A stretch of DNA of 43,459 nucleotides from a virus, in the IMG/VR virus record IMGVR_UViG_3300047409_000665, positions 1 through 43,459 of that record; one strand, given 5' to 3'. Below the pieces are notes generated by a model. The model was not told the origin of the DNA and ran no database searches. It saw nothing but the letters and a program-made list of their open reading frames with translations. The number at the start of each line of letters is the position of its first letter. Positions within the stretch are counted from its first letter, which is position 1. This document shows, in pieces, positions 15,689 through 24,200 of the stretch. The position numbers were made by a program, and so were the translations under genes.

Positions 15689-15767
15689 TTGTATTACCGG
15701 GCATTTCGGGCCGCCTCGGGCCCTCAGGGTATCGGAATTCACAAGTTAACTCATCAAAATCGGCCCT

Positions 15768-15797
15768 AATCTGCCTCAATCTGCCTCAATCTGCCCT
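15768..15797. repeat. Tandem 10-mers AATCTGCCTC x2 plus AATCTGCCCT
   Basis: Copies at 15768-77, 15778-87 and 15788-97, in the divergent gap between the Uma2 gene and the scaffold gene. Confidence 0.85.
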
Positions 15798-15921
15798 GAA
15801 GTGCGACAGATAAAGTTTGTTTTACCTCCCCGAAGCCGTGAGAGCCTTGCGCTTGACACCGGCCTCACGTCCTTGGGCCGCCGCAGATTAAGCACCTGCG
15901 GGAACCAAGGACGGCTTTCAA

Positions 15922-17139
15922 ATGCCAGAGACAATTGCGGCGGGCGACGGCGCCCCGCCATCAGCGGCACCAGCCGCTGCGGTTCAAACGCCGGCAGCAC
16001 CCACAGAAGGCAACGCTTCGGTCCTTGAGTACGCGCGCCGCAAATTGCGCCAGCGCGAAGCGACAGGGGCGAAGCCCGTCCCGCGAAAGCGGGACGGGGC
16101 CGCAGGTAGCACCCAGAACCAGCCGGGTGCGTCCGAGGCCAGCCCGGAGAAGCCAGTAGTTCTTTCTCAAGCAGCAGTAGCAGAGCCAGAGAAGCCTGAC
16201 CAATCGGAACAGGGCGATCCCTCTGAGGCAGCTCCCGCCCCTAGCACCACCCCGGAGGAACCGAGGCCCGCAGATGCGGGAGAAGCGGAGGAGGCCAGTC
16301 CCGCCGACGCGGCGGACGATCTGAGCATCCCTGAAGATGCGCCAGATTGGCTTCAGAAACGGATCGCGCGATTCACGCGGCAGAAAGGCGACCTCGAGCG
16401 AAAGCTCCAGGCGGCCGAGGCGGAGAGGCAGCAACTCAAGGGTGAGGTCGACCGGTACAAATCGATTCCGCCCCCGGAAGCGCCGCTGCCAGTCGTGGTG
16501 AACCCGACCGATCCGGCCGGCAACATCCTGAGCGAGGCCCAGCTCGAACAGGCGCATCGCGAGGCGCGCTTTCTGAGGCGATGGTGCGAGGACAATCCGG
16601 AAGGCGGCACCTTGCAAGTGCCTGATGGCAAAGGGAGCTATCAAACGCGGGAATTCAGCCCGGAGCAGGTCCGCACGATGAAACGTGCGGCCGAGGATGA
16701 CCTCGAGGAACACCTGCCGAAACGGCGCGAATATCTGCGAGCCGAACAGACCAGCACCGCGGAGGCCCTGAAGGAGTTTCCCTGGCTCAGCGATCAAAGC
16801 ACGCCGCAGTTCAGGCTATTCAAGCAGGCATTGGCGAATTTTCCGGCCGTTCGCCTGAATCCGGACTGGGCCAGGGCCACGGCGATCTTCGTCGAAGGTC
16901 TCGAGGCCCGCCAGGCAAGGCTCGTCGCGGCGGCCAAACCGCCCGCATTGCCGAAGATCAAGAATGCGCCGCCCAAGGTCCCAGGAGCACCGGCAAGTGC
17001 CCCGCCACGGGTCGGGCCGCAGGGAGCCTTGGACGCTCAAATCGCTGCTGCAGAGAAGGAATACAAGGCAACTCCGAATGCCAAGACTTTTGCCAGGCTG
17101 GATGTACTGAAACGACAGAAACGTCAAGCGGGAGGATAG
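15922..17139 (+). CDS. Scaffolding protein (candidate)
   Basis: Acidic Pro/Ala/Glu-rich N-terminal half and a helical or coiled-coil C-terminal half; located immediately upstream of the major capsid gene. Confidence 0.5.
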   Translation: MPETIAAGDGAPPSAAPAAAVQTPAAPTEGNASVLEYARRKLRQREATGAKPVPRKRDGAAGSTQNQPGASEASPEKPVVLSQAAVAEPEKPDQSEQGDPSEAAPAPSTTPEEPRPADAGEAEEASPADAADDLSIPEDAPDWLQKRIARFTRQKGDLERKLQAAEAERQQLKGEVDRYKSIPPPEAPLPVVVNPTDPAGNILSEAQLEQAHREARFLRRWCEDNPEGGTLQVPDGKGSYQTREFSPEQVRTMKRAAEDDLEEHLPKRREYLRAEQTSTAEALKEFPWLSDQSTPQFRLFKQALANFPAVRLNPDWARATAIFVEGLEARQARLVAAAKPPALPKIKNAPPKVPGAPASAPPRVGPQGALDAQIAAAEKEYKATPNAKTFARLDVLKRQKRQAGG

Positions 17140-17173
17140 GGATTAGAGCCCCTCGCCTTTCGCCCCTAAGCAA

Positions 17174-18157
17174 ATGCCAGCAGCAAATACGTATCAGAGT
17201 CCGAGTTGGCCCGGAGGCAACCGAGAGGATCTCATGGATGTCCTCACGATTGTCGAGCCGGAGACTTACCCGGTCACATCCACCATCACTAAAGGCCCGG
17301 CCCCAAACGCCGTTTTCAGTGAATGGCTCGTGGACAACCTCAGACCCGCCCGGATTGGCGGAGTGCCAGAAGGCCAGGATGTCCAAATGTTCAATAACAA
17401 GGCGACCAACCGGAAACGAATCGGCAATTATGTGCAGATATTCCGGGATGAATACGCCGTGACCGATCTCCAGGAATTGGTTGAGGTCGCCGCGGTTGAT
17501 GACGAGTTTTCCTACGCCAAATACAAGAGCGCGCGGGAACTCAAACGCGATATCGAGCTGACAGTCTGTTCGGGTCAGGACCGGCAAGTGGGCGCTGCAG
17601 ATGTGCCCTACCTGACGCGGGGTCTTTTCAATTGGATCAGCGCGACCGGTCCGGCTGATGTTCCTGCTGAGGTTCGCAGCCCAGCCGGCGCGATCCTCAC
17701 GACCGGCTCGGCCACGACGGAGCAACAGCTCAATGCGGCCTTGCAGGCGCTCTTCGAAGTCCAGGGCGGCCCGAAGGAATATCTCGGCGCGTTCGGCACG
17801 AACCTGATTGCGCAGGTGGACAATTTCACCCGGCTCTCAGGCGCAGCGGATTCCAGCCGGAATCGTTACACGGTCACTGAGGACGCCTCAACCCACACCA
17901 TCACCCTTCACGTCAAACGATTCGAGAGCACCTTTGGCGACATTAATTTTGTCCCGGATGTGTTCCTGAACCCGACGCCGGGCACGATCAGCCAGAATGC
18001 GGGACTGATTCTAAATACGGAACTGCTCGAGCTGGCGTATCTCGACAAGCTCCACTCCATGGAGCTGCCGGACCAGGGCGGCGGGCCTCGTGGTTACACC
18101 AAGGGCGTCATGCAACTGCGCGTATTGAATCCGCGTGGCCTGGGAAAGATCACCTAA
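17174..18157 (+). CDS. Major capsid protein (HK97 fold, SU10/DUF5309-like)
   Basis: 327 aa. REDLMDVLTIVEPETYPVTS...FSEWLVDNL...EGQDV...NRKRIGNYVQIF...KSARELKRDIELT... resembles the DUF5309 capsid family. Confidence 0.8.
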   Translation: MPAANTYQSPSWPGGNREDLMDVLTIVEPETYPVTSTITKGPAPNAVFSEWLVDNLRPARIGGVPEGQDVQMFNNKATNRKRIGNYVQIFRDEYAVTDLQELVEVAAVDDEFSYAKYKSARELKRDIELTVCSGQDRQVGAADVPYLTRGLFNWISATGPADVPAEVRSPAGAILTTGSATTEQQLNAALQALFEVQGGPKEYLGAFGTNLIAQVDNFTRLSGAADSSRNRYTVTEDASTHTITLHVKRFESTFGDINFVPDVFLNPTPGTISQNAGLILNTELLELAYLDKLHSMELPDQGGGPRGYTKGVMQLRVLNPRGLGKIT

Positions 18158-18182
18158 ACCCTAACCTCTATTTCCTGATTAT

Positions 18183-18650
18183 ATGAGAGTTTATCCATTA
18201 ACCGAAAGCGAGCGGCAGAGCGGGTTCAGCCATTGCATCCGCATCGCTTATTCACCCGTTGCAGCCGACAACGATTTCAATGTTGCCGCAGCCACAACGA
18301 CCCTTCAGCCAATATCCCTTGCGGCGGGTGATGCCGTAGTCTATCCGCTCGCCCTGGTCTACACCAAGACGGCGCCTGCGGGTGCTGGTCTCAGTGCCCC
18401 GACCGTCTCGGTGGGCGTAACAGGGACAGCGGATTACCTCGTCGCGAGCGGCACGCCAGCTACCGGCCGCAGTCTCGCGGCGATCGGCCCGGCTGCCACA
18501 GCGGGCGGACCGTTCGTATCGGATGGCGCGTCGAAGTTTGTCACGATCACGCTCGGTTCGACAGGCAATCTGAGCCTGGCAACAGCCGGCGAGATATTCG
18601 TTTATGTGGCCATCGTCCGGGCTTCCGATCTGTCAAAGCTTCAAGGTTAA
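18183..18650 (+). CDS. Hypothetical head protein (decoration-like candidate)
   Basis: 155-aa Ala/Gly/Thr-rich beta-type ORF directly after the capsid gene. Confidence 0.4.
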   Translation: MRVYPLTESERQSGFSHCIRIAYSPVAADNDFNVAAATTTLQPISLAAGDAVVYPLALVYTKTAPAGAGLSAPTVSVGVTGTADYLVASGTPATGRSLAAIGPAATAGGPFVSDGASKFVTITLGSTGNLSLATAGEIFVYVAIVRASDLSKLQG

Positions 18651-18662
18651 GCAGTCACCCTC

Positions 18663-18778
18663 AAGCCAGTCGCGGGACTCTGAATAGGTTGTCGTTATTA
18701 AGCAAACTGAGTGAGTTGAGCGGGTTCATAGGGCAGGGATGCTGCAATCCTGACTTCAAGCCCACCCGCGACTGGCTT
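18663..18778 (+). terminator. Long-range perfect 14-bp inverted repeat followed by a T-run (terminator or structured RNA)
   Basis: AAGCCAGTCGCGGG (18663-18676) pairs with CCCGCGACTGGCTT (18765-18778), followed by TTTGAAATTG. It lies in the 142-nt gap after the capsid/decoration genes. Confidence 0.4.
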
Positions 18779-18792
18779 TTGAAATTGTTCGG

Positions 18793-19107
18793 ATGGAAAT
18801 CCTGACGCCCAGGTTTGGCGGTCTCACTGGGACAGCCCGGCGAACGATCGAGAATGAGCTTCGGTTCGGTTCATGGCTTCAGCGCAAGATCGCGCGCGAA
18901 CGTGCGGACACCAAACGCCGCATGGTTGCTGCTGCTGTGCCGTATCGGAATGTCCGCAACCGACAAATGGGTGAACTCACACTTACGGGTGTCATTGACG
19001 CCCGGACTTATTTCCGATGGCTGCAGACCGATCCGGATTTCTTTAAGGACAAGGGGAATTGGAGACGCTTTGTGAGGGATAATCCCGAAGTTCAGCCGTG
19101 GAAGTAG
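18793..19107 (+). CDS. Hypothetical protein (head-completion region)
   Basis: 104-aa ORF; position only. Confidence 0.5.
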   Translation: MEILTPRFGGLTGTARRTIENELRFGSWLQRKIARERADTKRRMVAAAVPYRNVRNRQMGELTLTGVIDARTYFRWLQTDPDFFKDKGNWRRFVRDNPEVQPWK

Positions 19108-19110
19108 TCT

Positions 19111-20142
19111 ATGCGTAGCATTCACGCCAGTGAGATTTTCCGCGTTGCGTGCGGCCTTCATGGTCAGCCGTGGTCATCCAGGGCGGGCGAAGATTCCCTC
19201 TCTCTCACTGATTTCCGGATGCTGCGCGCGATCCTCTCCGAGCGGCTCAACACAGCCTGGCACATGTTTCCATGGCCCACCCTGGTAATCTTCGAGAAAC
19301 GCCAGCGGAACCAGCGGACCTATGACAATGGAACGGTTTATGTCGCCGGTGACCAGGTGTTCGATGCGCTCAGCAACCGTTGCTGGCAGTGCATCCAGCC
19401 GACAGTACCCGGGACAGATAACCCTCCGGACACGCCCACGAAATGGGCAATGCAAGGTTCTCTTCCCTTCACTGTAACCAACGATCCCAACACCAAATTC
19501 CAGGTCGGGGACCGCGTGTTCAACCCCAGGGATGGCAATATCTACTATTGCTTTGCGCCGGACAGTTTTTTTGCCGACATCAATCAACCGAGCCAATTCT
19601 CGCCATTGATCCCGTTTGATCCGGCTTTTCCGCTCGATGACGGCTGGCAGAAACCGATGGAGGAACTCTTCGAAGTCATGCCGTTCCGGGAGCTTGAACG
19701 CGGTCCGTCCAGGCTCGAGTTCGAATTGGTTGATGACGTCGCGCGGGTGGAGGGCGATCCGGGCAGTTCATTCTTTCGATACCGGTTGCGGTGTCCGGAA
19801 CTAACAGGTGATCCGTGGGATGAAGAGGCCACCTACGGAATCGATGACCAGGTGTATTACACCGACAGCTCGGGTAATGGCGATTTCTGGAACTGTTTCA
19901 ATGGAGCCCTCCCCGGGGAAGCCCCGGGGTCAAGCCCGCTGCTTTGGAGCAAGATCGAGCTGCCGTACATTTTCGGGCCTTACCTGAGCCGCGCCCTTCA
20001 TGCCGATTGGTACGAACTCGACGGCCAATTCGAGAAGGCAGCCTCGGCGGCCACCGCAGCCTTCGAGCGGCTGCAGCTCGAATTCGACAAGATCGAGCGT
20101 CAACAGCGTCAACTCGAACCCTGGACTGTAGCAACGAGATAA
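19111..20142 (+). CDS. Structural protein with three CBM5/12-like (chitin-binding type 3-like) repeats
   Basis: YVAGDQVFDALSNRCWQCIQP...TPTKW, FQVGDRVFNPRDGNIYYCFAP and YGIDDQVYYTDSSGNGDFWNCFNG...SPLLW. Confidence 0.5.
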   Translation: MRSIHASEIFRVACGLHGQPWSSRAGEDSLSLTDFRMLRAILSERLNTAWHMFPWPTLVIFEKRQRNQRTYDNGTVYVAGDQVFDALSNRCWQCIQPTVPGTDNPPDTPTKWAMQGSLPFTVTNDPNTKFQVGDRVFNPRDGNIYYCFAPDSFFADINQPSQFSPLIPFDPAFPLDDGWQKPMEELFEVMPFRELERGPSRLEFELVDDVARVEGDPGSSFFRYRLRCPELTGDPWDEEATYGIDDQVYYTDSSGNGDFWNCFNGALPGEAPGSSPLLWSKIELPYIFGPYLSRALHADWYELDGQFEKAASAATAAFERLQLEFDKIERQQRQLEPWTVATR

Positions 20143-20150
20143 GTGACATC

Positions 20151-20504
20151 ATGGGCATCAATTCCTATACCGTCGTCAACCTGATCGCAGCCGCTGCCGC
20201 GAAGCAATACGTCGTCGCGGGTCCGATCAACTTCCAGGCGGGCACCGCGGTGCCTCTCAGTGCCACTCCCCAGAAGGTCACGCAGCTCGAGATTTACGGC
20301 TACAAATCGATCGGGACCAACACCGTGCCTGTGGCTAACACCAGCGCCGGTTGGGCAGGGGCCGGGACAAGCGGCCTAACCGATACGATACCGGCCGGGG
20401 GCAAGGTTCTCTTGAAGCCCTTTGGTGGAACCTCTTTCGATCTCTCTAACGTCTACGTGTTGGGAAGCGCAGGCGACAGCGTTTACATCAAATATCTGGT
20501 TTAA
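20151..20504 (+). CDS. Small structural paralog 1 (117 aa)
   Basis: MGINSYTVVNLIAAAAAK...VYIKYLV aligns along its full length with 20512..20874. Confidence 0.6.
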   Translation: MGINSYTVVNLIAAAAAKQYVVAGPINFQAGTAVPLSATPQKVTQLEIYGYKSIGTNTVPVANTSAGWAGAGTSGLTDTIPAGGKVLLKPFGGTSFDLSNVYVLGSAGDSVYIKYLV

Positions 20505-20511
20505 CCGTTTT

Positions 20512-20874
20512 ATGGGCATCAATTCATTTGCGGTAGCCAATTGGATCGGGGCCAGTCTTGCCAAGGCTACGAGTTCCCTGGGGCCGATCCCGCTGCCGGC
20601 GGGAGTAACGACCCCTATCAGCGCCACGGACCTCTGGGTCACCGAAGCGAATTTTTTCGGTTACAAGGCCATCAGCCAGACGGCTGCTCCAACCAACAAC
20701 GCAGCCAACGTTGCGATCGGACCTGTTGTCGATGGTCTTGCCAGGCTCACCGATGTTGTCACGCCGGGCGGCAAGCTTACTTACGCCCCGGCGATGGGCA
20801 CGAAATTCAACCTGAAGGACATCGCCGGCAGCGGAACCGGCACCGATGCGGTGTTCGTGACTTACCTCCAGTAA
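20512..20874 (+). CDS. Small structural paralog 2 (120 aa)
   Basis: MGINSFAVANWIGASLAK...VFVTYLQ. Confidence 0.6.
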   Translation: MGINSFAVANWIGASLAKATSSLGPIPLPAGVTTPISATDLWVTEANFFGYKAISQTAAPTNNAANVAIGPVVDGLARLTDVVTPGGKLTYAPAMGTKFNLKDIAGSGTGTDAVFVTYLQ

Positions 20875-20875
20875 T

Positions 20876-21229
20876 ATGGGTCTTCAACTTACCGATCCGA
20901 GCATCCCCTTCCTGGTCACCTCAGGGTTGAATTTGCAGGATTATGGGACGTACGTCCGGAAGTTCACCTCCGGCGGCACTCAGGATTTCAAGCTCACGCT
21001 GGCGGACCTTGTCGCAACCAACCAGGTGATGGTGGCGAACAATAAGGACCAGATGCGGACCTTGAATCCGCAGGCCGCGGACAAAGTCTGTTTTTGCAAG
21101 GGTGGGAACGTCCCTTTCGACAACAAGGCTGGCATTTACATCACGGTCCAGGCGAATGACCTCGACAATGATGGCGACCGGATTCGGCCCGACAACTTCA
21201 TCGGATTTGTATGGTACAAATACCTCTAG
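20876..21229 (+). CDS. Small structural protein, possible distant paralog 3 (117 aa)
   Basis: Same size, starts MG and ends FVWYKYL; similarity to paralogs 1 and 2 is weak. Confidence 0.5.
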   Translation: MGLQLTDPSIPFLVTSGLNLQDYGTYVRKFTSGGTQDFKLTLADLVATNQVMVANNKDQMRTLNPQAADKVCFCKGGNVPFDNKAGIYITVQANDLDNDGDRIRPDNFIGFVWYKYL

Positions 21230-24200
21230 GCGGGGGGCGAGGGTCTAGGAGCGAGCAAAGACTGTTGCGCTTTTTGTGCCTCCTTCTGTTCTCGCCTCTC
21301 ATCTCCAGTCTCTCGCCTCTCTACGCCCAGCCCACGGTCAAATCGTTCATCACGGTTGCCGAGATGGTGGCGGCCAATCCGTTTCAGGTGGCCGATCCAA
21401 CACCGGGTGGCACGCGAACAGCCACCGTGATGGTCCAGCAGACCGCCGCGGCTTACGCCCTGACCAATACATGGAGCGGGACGAACACAAGCACGCTGAT
21501 CGCCTCGAGCACGCCGGATTGGGCCTGGCACATGCTGCCGCTCGCCAGCGGTCCGAATTTCTACAACTCCGATGGCACCCTGACCGGGCCGCGGACGGTG
21601 GATCTTGCCACGCAACCCCTGGTGTGGCGGGGGCCTGGGGCCATCATCAGCACGAACATCACCTCATGGATGGCTTATGCGAATGGCTCGATTGGGCTGA
21701 CCGCGGCCAATGACGTGACCCTCACAGGCCTTCGACTTTTCCTCAAGACACCTTACGTCGGCAGTCCCAACGCTCGTGCGGGCGATGCCCTGACCCTGCT
21801 TAATGCGGGCACGGGCGAGGCGGACTACAGGCCGATCCCGTCGCAATCCACGCTCTACAATTCCGACAACACCATTTCGAGCAACCGGGTGGTGACCCTG
21901 GGCGGGAAATCCCTGACGTTCAAAGGACCGGGGCCGGCCGCCTTCAACGCGGTCGATAATTTCTCGGTGGTTGCCAGCCAGTACGCGCAAATTTCGAGCC
22001 CAGGCAACGTCATTCTCGAGGCGCAATCGCCGGGATTCATGAGCATCCGCACTCCTGGCGTGGTTGGTGGTGGAGCGCAACTCGGCCAGGTCCTTACGCT
22101 GGTGGGGCCGAACGGGGTGGTGGAATTTCAGACGACGGTTGGAGGGGGCGGCACCAACATTTACAACTCCGATGGGATCCTCACAGGCAACCGCACGGTC
22201 AACACGACCAACAATTTTCTGACGTTCAAGGGCACCGGCACCTTTGCGGTGAGTAATGCCATCACCGATCTGCGGGGCTCGACCGCTCAATTCATAGGGG
22301 ACACAACGACGATTGCGGGAACGAATCAGGTCCGGATCCAGACGCCGAACATTAGAAATTTCAGCGCGAGCACGGGCCAGGTACTGACATTGCTGGATGC
22401 CGCAACAGGTCGGATCGAGTACCAGAATCCCGCGGTGCTGCCCACGGCCAACATTTACAACTCCGATGGCACGCTCACAGGCGATCGAACCGTCCAGGGG
22501 GCCAGCAAATTCCTGAATTTCACCAACAGCTCGAAATTTTCTGCCGCTGCGCAAACGATGCTCCTGAGCGGCTCGGGCACCCTCCAGCTTGTCACGCCGA
22601 ACGTCTACGGGTCCACGGCTGTTCCCGGCCAGGTGCCAACCTTGTTGAGCACCAACGGCACGATCGAATTCAACACTCCCTACAACCTTTATTCGAGCAA
22701 CGGCACGCTCGCCTCGGATCGAACTGTGAGCGGCAACGGCAAGTTCCTTGCGTTCACCAATCTCTCAAATTTCGACGTTCGCTCTCCGACCGCGACCCTG
22801 GCTGGCACGAACCTTTTGAAGCTCATCACGCCAGGGGTCAGTGCCGCGTCGGTATCAACCGGGCAGGTGTTGACCCTCGACAACGTGAGCGGCCAGGCTG
22901 AATTCCGGACGTTGCCCGTTACCTCCTCGGTCAATCTTTACAACTCCGACGGCACCATCACGGGCACGAGCGGCAGCGGGGGGGTCCGCAGCATTCACCT
23001 TGGGACGAACCGTATCGTGATCCAGGATGCAACCGGGACTTTCGAGACCTTTGGTGTCGGCAAGGTGGTGTTGTCGGCCAAGACCAACGTGTTGTATGCC
23101 ACTGAAGAGGCGCAGCTCGGCGCGGGCCAGCGTTTAAAGATGTTCACTCCGCGCGGGAATACCGCGGCCCCCGGGCAGGTGTTGACCCTCCTGGATCAGA
23201 ATCTCGCTCTCACCGATTATTATCCGGCTCATAATCTTTACAGCAGCAACGGGATATTGGCGGGCAACCGGATTGTGGATGGCAATTTCCGTGATCTGAG
23301 CCTGACTAACCTCAATGTTTTCGATCTTCGGGGCCGGACCTCGGTCATTTCCGGCAACCTGGAATTGGATGTGCGAACGCCCAATGTCACCGCCGGCTCC
23401 GCAACCACGAACCAGTTCTTGAAACTGATGGATGCGACGAGCGGTCGATCCGAGTTTTCGACGATCAGTTTCCCGGCAGATACCAGTATTTACAACAACA
23501 GTGGTTCGATCGGTACTGCGGTATATCGAACGGTGGATCTCAACCAGTATGCCGCCGTTGTTTTTCGAGGCGCCGCCGCTCAGCAGGGATTGCTTCAGGG
23601 TTTTCAGCTCGGCCAGGTCGACTTTGCTGCAGAGACCAACGGAATTTATGGCGCCAAGGAAATGAATATTTCCGGGTCCATCAAGTTGAGGATGAAGACC
23701 CCCAGGGTTTTGAATTCGCTGGTCACGGACGGGATGGTGCTGACAGCGGTCGGCACCGATGGATCCACCGATTATTATAATCCGACCAATTTCTATTTTC
23801 AGAACGGGGCATTGAGCAGCAGTCGAACCGTCAACGGCAACGGCTTCAGCCTGAATCTCATCAATGGACTCAATACCTTCTACGTTGACAGCACGAACAT
23901 GTACCTGTGGGCGCGGAAAGACATGCGCATGGTGACGCCCAGGTTCCTTGGGGAACCGGGTGGACCCGTAGTTAACGGATGGGTGTTGACTATGCTGGAC
24001 ACGGGCACGGGCAAGGTCGATTTCGCGCCCCTGCCAAGCGGCACCAGTTCCGGAGATTATTCAAGCATCTATGCGAACGACGGCAATATCTCGACAAATG
24101 TCGGGGCATCTCTAACCCGCAACGTCAATCTCCCCGGTATCCGATTGTTGTTCAATGGCAGCCAATCTCCAGGTTCAGCGTTCGATGTCAATGTGCTGAA

